64,000 bases of DNA, from positions 126,001-190,000 of the forward strand of contig MFIU01000001.1 in NCBI GenBank assembly GCA_001778985.1, read 5' to 3'. Of the stretch, positions 54,265 through 63,975 are shown piece by piece. The position numbers and the translations under genes are program-made. Each line of letters begins with the position of its first letter. Position 1 is the stretch's first letter. This stretch comes from Candidatus Giovannonibacteria bacterium RIFOXYD1_FULL_48_21. GTDB taxonomy: Bacteria > Patescibacteriota > Minisyncoccia > JACPKW01 > UBA11713. The notes under the pieces were generated by a model. It did not search any database. It was not told the origin of the DNA and saw only the letters and a program-made list of their open reading frames with translations.

Positions 54265-55776
54265 ATGCTTCGTGAAATTATTAGAGGAGAACTCGCCAAA
54301 ATAATAAATGACGACTTGGAGATTAAAATCTCCGAGCCGGAGCGGTCGGAGAATGGCGACTATTCAACCAACGTCGCCTTTTTGCTGGCGAAGAAAGAGG
54401 GGAGGAAACTACAGGAGGTGGCGAAGGAGCTCGCCCTTCGATTGAGCTCAGGGCAATTCGCAGAGCGAGTTGCTGCCAAAAATGGATTCGTGAACATCTT
54501 TTTAAAAGACGAGGTTTTGCTAAAAGCGCTCGGAGAAAAAGAAAAATTTCCCAAGAAAAAAGAGAAAATCAATGTTGAATTTGTCTCGGCAAATCCCACC
54601 GGGCCTTTGACCATGGCCAACGGCCGCGGCGGGTTTTACGGCGATGTTTTATCTAATGTTTTAAAAAAAACCGGCTACGACGTTACGCGCGAATACTATA
54701 TTAATGACGCTGGGAATCAAATAAAGCTTTTAGGCGAGTCCATTCAGGCGGCCGAAGGAAAAATTCCGGAGAAAGAGGAGTATTACAAGGGTGAGTATAT
54801 AAAAAAACTCAAAGGAAAGAGCGCTGCGGAGGCCGCGTCGATTCTGTTGAAAGAAATAAAAAATTCGCTCAAGAAAGCAGGCATAAAATTTGATGTTTGG
54901 TTTTCGGAAGAAAAAAATCTGCGAAAAACCGGCGAATTAAAAAAAGTCCTCGAACTTTTAAATAAAGAAGGAGTGATTAAAGAGGGCGCGGGCGCCCTGT
55001 GGCTTGATGATAACGTTTTGGTTAAGTCAAACCAGGAGTTCACGTATTTTTTGTCGGATTTGGCGTATCACTACGATAAATTTATAAAAAGAAAATTCGA
55101 CGTCGCGATAGATATTTGGGGGGCTGACCATCACGGATATGTCGCACGGATGAAAAGGGGAACGGTGATGCTGGGCGTGAATCCAGAATGCCTTAAAATA
55201 ATTATTATGCAGTTGGTGCGTTTGACGAGAGACGGCAAAGAGGTGCGGATGGGGAAAAGAACAGGCGAATTCGTAACTATGGATGAGCTTTTGGACGAAG
55301 TTGGGCTTGATGCCGCGCGGTGGTTTTTTCTTTCGCATGCGCCCGAGACCCACATGGATTTTGACTTGGATTTGGCAAAAGAGCGGAGCGAGAAAAATCC
55401 GGTCTATTATGTGCAATACGCTCACACAAGAATGCAGAGCATTCTGCGTAAATCAGAAATCCGAAATCAGAAATCCGAAATAAAATCATTTGAACATCCA
55501 GCAGAGAGAGCTTTGGTTATGAAAGTTCTTCGCTGTCCCGAAATTCTGGAAGATATTTCCAAAGATTACCAAGTGCACCGCCTTACAACTTACGCCTACG
55601 AGCTTGCGCAGACGTTCTCCGCGTTTTATAGAGATGTGAAAGTTATTGGCCCGCCTAGACTCGGCGAGGCTGGCTCTGAGCGCGAAGCGGAACTTTTGTA
55701 TCTGGTTTCCAAAGCTAAAGAAACTTTAGCGGATTTGCTCAAATTAATGGGCATTTCTCAACCCGAGGAGATGTAG
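54265..55776 (+). CDS. argS: arginine--tRNA ligase
   Basis: class-I core plus DALR anticodon-binding domain, C-terminal ...EEM. Confidence 0.85.
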   Translation: MLREIIRGELAKIINDDLEIKISEPERSENGDYSTNVAFLLAKKEGRKLQEVAKELALRLSSGQFAERVAAKNGFVNIFLKDEVLLKALGEKEKFPKKKEKINVEFVSANPTGPLTMANGRGGFYGDVLSNVLKKTGYDVTREYYINDAGNQIKLLGESIQAAEGKIPEKEEYYKGEYIKKLKGKSAAEAASILLKEIKNSLKKAGIKFDVWFSEEKNLRKTGELKKVLELLNKEGVIKEGAGALWLDDNVLVKSNQEFTYFLSDLAYHYDKFIKRKFDVAIDIWGADHHGYVARMKRGTVMLGVNPECLKIIIMQLVRLTRDGKEVRMGKRTGEFVTMDELLDEVGLDAARWFFLSHAPETHMDFDLDLAKERSEKNPVYYVQYAHTRMQSILRKSEIRNQKSEIKSFEHPAERALVMKVLRCPEILEDISKDYQVHRLTTYAYELAQTFSAFYRDVKVIGPPRLGEAGSEREAELLYLVSKAKETLADLLKLMGISQPEEM

Positions 55777-56548
55777 CGGTTGGAAAAAGATCGTTCTCTC
55801 TGACGAATTTCTCGAAGTTTTCTGGGTTGCCCGTTGTAATATAGCGGCGCGCGCCGTTTTTAGAGAGTTTTTGCTCGATTTCCGGATGGCGCGAGAAATA
55901 ATTTTCAAGCGCGGCCGGGATTGTTGAAGGGGAGTCGAAAATTTTGGCGTCGGGCATCTCGGCCTGAATCAGGTGTTTTATAAAAGGATAGTGGGTACAG
56001 CCGAGGACGATATTTTGGATGGATTCTGTTTTGAAAGGATTGAGATATTTTTTAAGCGCACGCGACATATCGCTATGATATATCATAGCGGCTTCGATTA
56101 ACGGAACAAGCAGGGGAGCAGCCTGTTGGATTATCTTTATGTCTGGAGATATTTTATGAATCTCGCGGATGTATGCTTCTGATTTGACGGTGGCTTCTGT
56201 CGCGAGAATGCCTACCGTATGTGCTTTGCTGGCCGCGACAGCTTCCGCTACGGGAATCAGAACCCCCAAAACCTTTCTTTCGGGTCCGCCAGCTGGCGGA
56301 CCCTTTTGAATCCTGCGAAGGGCGGCAGCTGCCGCCGTGTTGCAGGCGAGAATCACAAGCCTACACCTTTCGCGAAAAAGCCAATCCACGCATTCTTCGG
56401 TATATTGGTAAATCGTCTCGGACGAGCGCGAGCCGTAAGGTGCTCTGGCGTTGTCGCCAAAGTATATAAAATCATATTTTGGAAATTTTTTGTCCAATTC
56501 CCGAAAAACCGTCAGCCCTCCGTATCCCGAATCAAAAACCCCAATCAT
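55739..56548 (-). CDS. murI: glutamate racemase
   Basis: IGVFDSGYGGLTV, LACNTAAA, GCTHYP. Confidence 0.85.
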   Translation of the reverse strand: MIGVFDSGYGGLTVFRELDKKFPKYDFIYFGDNARAPYGSRSSETIYQYTEECVDWLFRERCRLVILACNTAAAAALRRIQKGPPAGGPERKVLGVLIPVAEAVAASKAHTVGILATEATVKSEAYIREIHKISPDIKIIQQAAPLLVPLIEAAMIYHSDMSRALKKYLNPFKTESIQNIVLGCTHYPFIKHLIQAEMPDAKIFDSPSTIPAALENYFSRHPEIEQKLSKNGARRYITTGNPENFEKFVRENDLFPTATSPRVEKCPLI

Positions 56549-56585
56549 GGCTTGATTATATCTTTATTTTCAGTAGAATAGAGCT

Positions 56586-59500
56586 ATGGCCGATGAGAAA
56601 GGTCACCCTATATACGATTCCGTGTCTCCTCGGGCCGAAGAGGAGATTCTTTCATTTTGGAAGGAAAACGGGATTTTTAAGAAGAGTGTAGCCCTTCGAC
56701 AAGCTCAGGGCAAAAAAGACAAAAGTAAGACGTTTGTCTTTTTTGAAGGGCCGCCATATGCTAACGGTTTGCCCGGGATTCATCACGTTGAATCGCGCTC
56801 TTTTAAAGATATAATTTTGCGCTATAAGACCATGCAAGGTTTTTACGTTCCTCGCAAGGCCGGCTGGGACACGCACGGGCTTCCCACGGAAATGGCCGTG
56901 GAAAAAGAACTAGGCATCAATTCCAAGCGCGAGATTGAAGAAAAAATCGGCGTAGAAAAATTCATCCAGGCCGCGAAGAAAAATGTTTTCTTTTATAAAG
57001 AAGCTTGGGAAAAACTGACCGAGCGGATGGCCTACTGGCTGGATTTGGCCAATGCCTACGTCACGATGACGAACGATTACATTGAATCTTTGTGGCAGGT
57101 CGTTTCGCAGATTTCCCAAAAAGGGCTTTTGTACGAAGATTATCGAATTTTACCTTGGTGTTCTCGTTGCGGCACTTCGCTTTCATCCCATGAACTTGCG
57201 CTCGGGTATAAATTCGTGAAAGAGGAGTCGATTTACGTAAAATTCCCGCTGAAGCAAAAGCCGGGAGTAAAACAACTTTCAAGTTTTCTCGTCTGGACAA
57301 CAACCCCGTGGACTTTGCCGGGCAATGTCGCCTTGGCCGTCAATCCCAAAGCGGATTATGTCACTGTGGAGACGGAGACTTCTCCGGGCGAGTGGCTGAT
57401 TTTGGCGGAGGAGAGGTTGGGCGTCCTCGCCGGAAAATATAAAATAATAAACCGCGAGAAAGGAAAAAATCTGGTCGGGACGGCGTACGAAAGTTTGTAC
57501 AGGGATGAGCCGGGGAAGGTGGTCGCGGCGGATTTTGTTTTGACTGAAGACGGCACGGGCATTGTGCACATCGCGCCTGCTTTCGGGGCTGAAGACTTGG
57601 AAGTCGGCAAAAAACACAGTCTTCCGATATTCATGACGGCTGGAGAGGACGGGAAAATGGTGTCGCCCGGCAAGCCGTGGGACGGGAAATTCGTAAAAAC
57701 GGCCGACCCCCTGATAGTCGCGGACTTGAAAGAACGCGGACTTTTGTATAAAACCGAATTTTACGAGCACGACTACCCGTTTTGCTGGAGATGCGAAACG
57801 CCCTTAATGTATTACGCTAAAAACTCGTGGTTTTTCAAAACCACGGCCGTCAAAGACAAAATGCTTTCGGAGAATTCTAAAATCGACTGGCATCCGGGTT
57901 ATTTGAAAGATGGGCGTTTCGGCGAGTGGCTCAAGGAAAACGTGGACTGGTCCATTTCTCGCGAGCGCTATTGGGGAACTCCTTTGCCGGTGTGGAGATG
58001 CGAAACCCGCCTGCCGGACGGGCAGGAATGTAAGAAGGTAAAAGTCATCGGTTCGCTTAAGGAACTGGACGAGTTGGACCCCCATCCGACTGAGCTTATA
58101 GTGATGCGCCACGGCGAAACCTCGATTAACGTCAAAAAATCTCTCTATGCTCTTTCGCCTGATGATGACAGAAAAATCCATATCACGGGGAAAGGGAGAG
58201 ATGACGTGTTGAAAGCCGCAAGAGAGCTTAAGAAAGAGAAGATTGACGTCATTGTTGCTTCGCCAGCGACCAGGACAAAAGAAACAGCCGAAATTTTAGC
58301 GCGAGAGCTGGGCCTCTCTGACTTTGAAACCATTCCGGAATTTTACGACATTCTTATAGGCGCCGCTTTTGAAGGGAAGCAAGAAGAAGAATTTAATAAA
58401 GAATTTGAAATCTGGGAAGAGAGATTTTGGAAGAAGCCAGAGGGGTCGGAGAACTGGCGGGAGCTTCGAAGGCGCGTTATGGCGGGAGTGAAGAAGCTTT
58501 GCGAGAAATACCGAGGCAAGAAAATTTTGCTGGTGGGGCACGGCGACCCTTTGTGGGTTATGCTGGCGGCGCTGGAGGGACTGGCGGAGAAGGATTACAA
58601 AAAAATACCGTATCCCCAGACAGGAACATTCAGAAAAATCCGGCTTCATAACTGGCCTTACAATGCCGAAGGCGAACTGGATTTGCACAAACCCTATGTT
58701 GATTCCATAAAATTTCGCTGTGATTGCGGGAGCGAGATGGGGCGCGTTAAAGAAGTGATTGATGTCTGGTTTGATTCGGGCGCGATGCCTTTTGCCGCGC
58801 AGGGTTTTGGAAGTCCGACTTCCAAGGGGAAGTCGGACTTCCTCTATCCCGCCGATTATATTTCGGAGGCGATTGACCAAACCCGCGGCTGGTTTTACAC
58901 GCTTTTGGCGGTCTCGTCTTTATTGGGTTTGGAATCTTCCTATAAACGCGTTCTCTCGCTGGGGCTCGTCTTGGATGAGAAGGGAGAGAAGATGTCCAAG
59001 TCCAAAGGAAACGTGGTGGACCCGGTTAAACTCATTGAAAAATACGGGGCGGACGCGGTCCGGTGGTATTTTTATACCGTAAATCAGCCTTGGGACGACA
59101 AGCTTTTCCGAGAGAGAGACATTCAGGATGCCAGACGCAGATTTTTGATGATTTTGTGGAATTCATTCGTCTACTGGCAAACTTACAAAGAAGTCCAACT
59201 TCCAATTGGAAGTTGGACTTCCAAGCCGAAACTAATCATAAACAAATGGATTCTTGCGAAATGGAACGTGATTTTGAAGGAAGTTACCGAAAAACTTGAA
59301 AAATATGATATTGTTTCCGCGGCGCGAATTTTAGAAAATTTCGTGGTGGAAGATATCTCGCACTGGTATATCCGCCGAATCCGGAAATATATGAAGTCTG
59401 AAGATAAAGAGTGTTCTCGAGTGTTGGGCAATATTCTTTTGGAGCTTTCCAAATCGCTCGCGCCTTTCGCGCCGTTTATAGCGGAGGGGATTTATAAAGG

Positions 59501-60041
59501 TACTGACGGCAAAAAGGAGAGCGTGCATTTGGAAGATTGGCCGGAAGCTAAAAAACTAAAAGCTGGAGGCTATAAACTGATTAAAGATATGGAAAAAGTG
59601 CGGGAGATTGTTTCCAAAGCGCTCGAACTTCGACAGAAAGCCGGAATAAAAATCCGACAGCCCCTGCAAAAATTACAAATCACAGACAAATTACCAGCAG
59701 AGTTTCTGGAGTTAGTTAAAGGAGAGGTGAACGTGAAAGAAATTGCTTTTAGCGATAAATTTGAACTGGACACGAAACTTACCGAAGATTTGAAAGAAGA
59801 AGGACTTGTTCGTGAATTCATCCGCCAAGTGCAGGATTTCCGAAAAGAACTCAAGCTGAAACCGCAGGAGAAAGTGGAGCTCTCCGCCTCGGGCGAAAAA
59901 TCTCTTGAAAAAATTCTACAAAAACACGAGAAACTTATTAAAAAAGAAATAGCACTTTCGGAATTTGAAATCGGAAAAGGAAAAGGCCGCAAAAAAGAGC
60001 TTAAATTAGGTGACTCTGTGGTTGAAGTCTACATCTCTTAA
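56586..60041 (+). CDS. ileS: isoleucine--tRNA ligase carrying an inserted histidine-phosphatase domain
   Basis: PGIHH (HIGH), GWDTHGLP, CP1 editing domain, KMSKS; 1151 aa. Confidence 0.9.
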   Translation: MADEKGHPIYDSVSPRAEEEILSFWKENGIFKKSVALRQAQGKKDKSKTFVFFEGPPYANGLPGIHHVESRSFKDIILRYKTMQGFYVPRKAGWDTHGLPTEMAVEKELGINSKREIEEKIGVEKFIQAAKKNVFFYKEAWEKLTERMAYWLDLANAYVTMTNDYIESLWQVVSQISQKGLLYEDYRILPWCSRCGTSLSSHELALGYKFVKEESIYVKFPLKQKPGVKQLSSFLVWTTTPWTLPGNVALAVNPKADYVTVETETSPGEWLILAEERLGVLAGKYKIINREKGKNLVGTAYESLYRDEPGKVVAADFVLTEDGTGIVHIAPAFGAEDLEVGKKHSLPIFMTAGEDGKMVSPGKPWDGKFVKTADPLIVADLKERGLLYKTEFYEHDYPFCWRCETPLMYYAKNSWFFKTTAVKDKMLSENSKIDWHPGYLKDGRFGEWLKENVDWSISRERYWGTPLPVWRCETRLPDGQECKKVKVIGSLKELDELDPHPTELIVMRHGETSINVKKSLYALSPDDDRKIHITGKGRDDVLKAARELKKEKIDVIVASPATRTKETAEILARELGLSDFETIPEFYDILIGAAFEGKQEEEFNKEFEIWEERFWKKPEGSENWRELRRRVMAGVKKLCEKYRGKKILLVGHGDPLWVMLAALEGLAEKDYKKIPYPQTGTFRKIRLHNWPYNAEGELDLHKPYVDSIKFRCDCGSEMGRVKEVIDVWFDSGAMPFAAQGFGSPTSKGKSDFLYPADYISEAIDQTRGWFYTLLAVSSLLGLESSYKRVLSLGLVLDEKGEKMSKSKGNVVDPVKLIEKYGADAVRWYFYTVNQPWDDKLFRERDIQDARRRFLMILWNSFVYWQTYKEVQLPIGSWTSKPKLIINKWILAKWNVILKEVTEKLEKYDIVSAARILENFVVEDISHWYIRRIRKYMKSEDKECSRVLGNILLELSKSLAPFAPFIAEGIYKGTDGKKESVHLEDWPEAKKLKAGGYKLIKDMEKVREIVSKALELRQKAGIKIRQPLQKLQITDKLPAEFLELVKGEVNVKEIAFSDKFELDTKLTEDLKEEGLVREFIRQVQDFRKELKLKPQEKVELSASGEKSLEKILQKHEKLIKKEIALSEFEIGKGKGRKKELKLGDSVVEVYIS
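58085..58675 (+). other. histidine phosphatase (phosphoglycerate-mutase family) domain inserted inside ileS (approximate bounds)
   Basis: LIVMRHGETS (RHG catalytic motif) ... ILLVGHGDPLWV (second catalytic His); about 195 aa between the IleRS zinc-knuckle region and DLHKPYVD. Confidence 0.6.
58809..58842. repeat. in-frame palindromic insertion in ileS (copy 1)
   Basis: GGAAGTCCGACTTCC-AAGG-GGAAGTCGGACTTCC. Confidence 0.55.
59190..59221. repeat. in-frame palindromic insertion in ileS (copy 2)
   Basis: GAAGTCCAACTTCCAA / TTGGAAGTTGGACTTC, a perfect 16+16 palindrome related to copy 1. Confidence 0.55.
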
Positions 60042-60049
60042 ATCTGAAT

Positions 60050-60538
60050 ATGTCTAACGGACTATATCAAACCGAGGGGATAATTTTGAACCGGCTCGAT
60101 GTCGGGGAGGCGGACCGGATTTTGACGGTTTTCACCAAGGACTTCGGGCTTTTGCGGCTTTTCGGCCGCGGGACTAGGAGGGTTAGCTCGAAGCTCAATA
60201 AATTTTTAAATCTTTTTTCGTACGGCCGCTTCAGTTTCGTTTCCGGAAAAGAAACTTGGCATCTCATTGACGCCGAGGATTTGGAGCGCTTTGGCGAGGA
60301 CAAATTCGAAACTCTTGGCCGCGCGTCCAATTTTATCGGACGCTTCTGCCGCGGCGAAGGCCAGGAGGAAAAATTATGGGAGGCGTTTTTGACTTTTATC
60401 AAATCCGGAGACGAGCTTTTGTTTTACGCTCGAGGTTTGGCCGCTTTGGGCTATCTTGATGAAAAAGAAATTGCAAAAAACTCCAGAGAAGATTTAGCCA
60501 GACTGACTAAAGACGCCATCGCCCGAAGCCAGCTCTAA
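60050..60538 (+). CDS. recO: RecO-like recombination mediator (short form)
   Basis: N-terminal OB-fold pattern GIILNRLDVGEADRILTVFTKDFGLLRLFGRGTRR. Confidence 0.45.
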   Translation: MSNGLYQTEGIILNRLDVGEADRILTVFTKDFGLLRLFGRGTRRVSSKLNKFLNLFSYGRFSFVSGKETWHLIDAEDLERFGEDKFETLGRASNFIGRFCRGEGQEEKLWEAFLTFIKSGDELLFYARGLAALGYLDEKEIAKNSREDLARLTKDAIARSQL

Positions 60539-60554
60539 GTGTTAGAATAGAATT

Positions 60555-62429
60555 GTGGCTGACCCCTTAGAGGAATTAAGAAAACGTCTTTACAAAAAAG
60601 AGGGGTCTTTTGAGGCCCGCCTGCGGCGTCCGGAACTGACTCCCCACCCCGAAAAAGCGCCTCTTTCTTGGAAAGAAGAAACCATGCCCAAATCACCCCC
60701 GCCTTACTCGCGAAAAAGGCTTTGGATAATTTTTTTCTCGCTGATTTTTCTGGCGGCGGCCGGAGGAATTTTTTATTTTTTTATCTTCTCTCAGGCGGTT
60801 TCCAGCCGGAAAATCGATTTGGTCATTTTGGCTCCGGACTCGGCCGTGGGCGGGGAGCGGATAGTTTGGGAGGTGGCGCTCGCCAATAATAATAAAAAAG
60901 CTCTGGAATCCTCCGAACTCGTTTTTGAGTATCCCCCCGGTTCCAAAATTTTAGAATCAGGAGCGCGGGGGTTGAGGCTTAGAAAAAGCTTGGGCCGGAT
61001 TGGGGCCGGAGAAATTGTGAAAATTTCTTTCAGCGCTTTTCTCTTTGGTTTCGAAGGCGAAGAAAAAAGGGTTAGGGCTTCTTTGGAGTACCGGCCCGAA
61101 GATTCGAGCGCTATTTTGGTGAAAGAAGGGGAACTCTCCACTTTTATTTCGCGCGCTCCGGTAGGAATTTCTTTTGAACTTCCGTCTGAAATTCGGGCGG
61201 GTCAGGAGCTCGAGGTTAAAATCAATTATGTTTCTAACTCTGAAAGCACGCTGGAGAATCTGATGTTGGAACTGGAAACGCCGCCGGGCTTCGCTTTCAA
61301 AAAGAGCACCCCGTTGCCCGAGGCGGGCGGACGCTCCTGGAAGATAGGCAGTCTGGAGCCGGGCGAGAAAGGTTCCATCATCGTGGGCGGCGTCTTGTCC
61401 GGCGGCGAGCTCGAGGAGAAAAGTTTTAAAGCCCGTACGGGCGTAAAAGATAATTTGGGCGACTTCAGCGTTTACGGCCAAGGGGTGGGCACATTAACTC
61501 TGCGGCGCCCCTTTTTGGAGGTGGACGCAAAAGTAAACGGCGCGGACAGTTATGTGGCTAGGCCAGGCGAGAGTTTAGAAGCGGAGATATTTTTTAAAAA
61601 TAATTTATCAGTTCCGGTGCAGAACGTGGTGATTGAGGGGACTTTTCTCGGCCGCGGGCTGGACGAACGGCAGATTCGGGTTCGGGACGGAAATTATCGC
61701 AGCGCGGACAAAAAAATTATCTGGAACGCTTCTTCGGCCGATTCTCTCCGGCAGTTGGAGCCCGGCAAAGAAAGTTCTTTTCGGCTGCAGTTCGCTTTCC
61801 TGGAGGATATTTCGGTTAGGACTTCGGCCGACCGGGAATTCAAGGTGGTTTTGAGTCTGAAAATTACGCCCGGCATCCTGCCTTCGGGATTTTTTGGAAC
61901 GGATGTGACCGGCGAGGATATTTTGGAAATGAAGCTCGCGACGCGCCTGCAGCTCGTCCGGCGCGGTTTTTACTTCTCTCCGCTCGTTTCGAACTCCGGT
62001 CCCATGCCGCCCAAGGTTGGCCAGGAGACGACCTTTAGCGTGACCTGGTCCTTGATTAATTCCACCAACGATCTGGAAAATGTTTTAGTGCGTTCAAGCC
62101 TCCCGTCTTATATGAATTGGAAGGGAATTTTGATACCGGGCGATGCCGCCGTAAACTACGACCCTAATTCCGGCGAGATTTTGTGGCGAGTGGGGGAATT
62201 AAAAGCCGGGGTAGGTTATCTTTCTCCAGCCCGAGAGCTTACTTTTCAAATCGGTTTTGTCCCTTCTTCCAACCAGGTGGGCCAGGCTCCGGACTTGATC
62301 CCGAAGGTTACGGCCGAAGGCAAGGATACTTTCATTGATTCTTTGCTTTCAGTCGAAGCGCCGGCCTTGACCTTGGAACTCGAGGATGACCCCAAGATTG
62401 AAATCGGCCAGACCAGAGTGGTACCATAG
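60555..62429 (+). CDS. hypothetical cell-surface protein (N-terminal TM anchor, repeated beta-rich domains)
   Basis: TM helix at aa 55-77, then about 540 aa with repetitive Ig/CARDB-like stretches. Confidence 0.4.
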   Translation: MADPLEELRKRLYKKEGSFEARLRRPELTPHPEKAPLSWKEETMPKSPPPYSRKRLWIIFFSLIFLAAAGGIFYFFIFSQAVSSRKIDLVILAPDSAVGGERIVWEVALANNNKKALESSELVFEYPPGSKILESGARGLRLRKSLGRIGAGEIVKISFSAFLFGFEGEEKRVRASLEYRPEDSSAILVKEGELSTFISRAPVGISFELPSEIRAGQELEVKINYVSNSESTLENLMLELETPPGFAFKKSTPLPEAGGRSWKIGSLEPGEKGSIIVGGVLSGGELEEKSFKARTGVKDNLGDFSVYGQGVGTLTLRRPFLEVDAKVNGADSYVARPGESLEAEIFFKNNLSVPVQNVVIEGTFLGRGLDERQIRVRDGNYRSADKKIIWNASSADSLRQLEPGKESSFRLQFAFLEDISVRTSADREFKVVLSLKITPGILPSGFFGTDVTGEDILEMKLATRLQLVRRGFYFSPLVSNSGPMPPKVGQETTFSVTWSLINSTNDLENVLVRSSLPSYMNWKGILIPGDAAVNYDPNSGEILWRVGELKAGVGYLSPARELTFQIGFVPSSNQVGQAPDLIPKVTAEGKDTFIDSLLSVEAPALTLELEDDPKIEIGQTRVVP

Positions 62430-62435
62430 AAATTT

Positions 62436-63692
62436 ATGCCTGATTTGGAGACAATTGTTGCTTTGGCGAAACGCCGGGGTTTTGTATTTCCGAGCTCGGA
62501 GCTCTACGGCGGTCTTGCCGGCACCTGGGACTTTGGGCCGCTCGGCGCCGAACTCGCTCACAACATCAAGGAACTTTGGTGGGAGCATTTTGTGAAGAGC
62601 CGCGAAGAAATGTACGGATTGGCGTCGAGTATTTTAATGCCGGAGGCGGTTTGGAAAGCCTCGGGGCATCTGGAGGGCTTCGCGGACCCGTTGGCGGAAT
62701 GCAAAAAATGCAAAAAAAGATTCCGGGCGGATGAGTTCTCCGGCAAGAAATGCCCTGAATGCGCCGGCGCTCTTTCAGAGCCGAAGCAATTTAATCTAAT
62801 GTTCAAAACCGAAAATTCCTATCTCCGTCCTGAAATCGCCCAGGGGATGTTCGTGAATTTTAAAAATGTTTTGGATACCATGCGCCCGACTTTGCCGTTC
62901 GGCATCGCCCAGATAGGGCGCGCCTTCAGAAATGAAATCGCCCCGAGAGATTTTCTTTTTAGGGTCCGCGAGTTTGACTTGATGGAATTTGAATATTTTG
63001 TCAAAGAGTCAGAATGGGAAAAATATTTTGAAAAATGGAGAGAAGAAATTTGGGCCTGGCTCGAGAAAGTCGGCATTGATAAGAAAAGCGTGCACGAGCT
63101 CGAAGTTCCAAAAGAAGAGCGGGCGCATTATTCCAGGCGCACGATTGATTTTGAATTTGACTTTCCTTTCGGCAAGAAGGAACTCTACGGCCTTGCTTAT
63201 CGCGGAGATTACGATTTGACTCAGCATATGAAGCATTCCGGGGTTGATTTGCGTTATACCGATTCTGCCTCGAGAGAAAAGTTTATTCCGCACGTGGTGG
63301 AACCGACCTTTGGCTTGGGCCGCACCGTGCTCGCGGTTCTACTTTCAGTCTATCGCGAAGACGGCGAGAGAGTTATTCTTTCTCTCCCGCCAAAAATCGC
63401 ACCTTATAAAGTCGCTGTTTTTCCGCTCGTTTCGAATAAAGAAAATCTTGTTTCCAAAGCCCGCGAGATTTATAACGAACTTCGCAAGCATTTCACCGCG
63501 GCTTTTGACGACCGCGGCAATATCGGCAAACGCTACTATTCCCAGGACGAAATCGGCACCCCTTGGTGCGTGACGATTGATTACCAAACTTTGGAAGACG
63601 GCACGGTAACGGTGAGGGACCGCGATTCCGGCTCCCAAGTTCGCCACCCTGCCGCAGAGCTTGACAAGTACTTTTCCGAGAAACTTTCTTGA
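62436..63692 (+). CDS. glyQS: glycine--tRNA ligase (dimeric alpha2, archaeal/eukaryotic type)
   Basis: N-terminus LAKRRGFVFPSSELYGGLAGTWDFGPLG, class II motifs. Confidence 0.85.
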   Translation: MPDLETIVALAKRRGFVFPSSELYGGLAGTWDFGPLGAELAHNIKELWWEHFVKSREEMYGLASSILMPEAVWKASGHLEGFADPLAECKKCKKRFRADEFSGKKCPECAGALSEPKQFNLMFKTENSYLRPEIAQGMFVNFKNVLDTMRPTLPFGIAQIGRAFRNEIAPRDFLFRVREFDLMEFEYFVKESEWEKYFEKWREEIWAWLEKVGIDKKSVHELEVPKEERAHYSRRTIDFEFDFPFGKKELYGLAYRGDYDLTQHMKHSGVDLRYTDSASREKFIPHVVEPTFGLGRTVLAVLLSVYREDGERVILSLPPKIAPYKVAVFPLVSNKENLVSKAREIYNELRKHFTAAFDDRGNIGKRYYSQDEIGTPWCVTIDYQTLEDGTVTVRDRDSGSQVRHPAAELDKYFSEKLS

Positions 63693-63750
63693 GGCGGCTG
63701 GGCCGATTTTTTTGATTGATTTTTGTTTGGAGATTTGATACTATTTTTAC

Positions 63751-63972
63751 ATGGCTAAACAATTACCCCTTTTCGTAGAAAAAGACGAAGATGGTTTTTA
63801 TATTGTAGAATGCCCGGTTTTGGAGGGGTGTTATGCGCAAGGCAAAACTTTGGACGAGGCTTTGAAGAACATTCGCGAGGTCATTCAATTGATATTGCGG
63901 GAAACAGAAAGCCGTGAGGTTCTGAAATCCTATCGTCCTAAGGAATTGAGTCTTCATACCATCACGCTCTAG
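63751..63972 (+). CDS. hicB: HicB-family antitoxin (second copy)
   Basis: FYIVECPVLEGCYAQGKTLDEALKNIREVI; paralog of 17504-17704. Confidence 0.7.
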   Translation: MAKQLPLFVEKDEDGFYIVECPVLEGCYAQGKTLDEALKNIREVIQLILRETESREVLKSYRPKELSLHTITL

Positions 63973-63975
63973 CTA

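Noticed and set aside
58085-58675. Intein in ileS
   Set aside because: The insert lacks intein splice-junction residues (N-terminal Cys/Ser, C-terminal His-Asn followed by Cys/Ser/Thr) and Hint-domain blocks. Its motifs are those of a histidine phosphatase.
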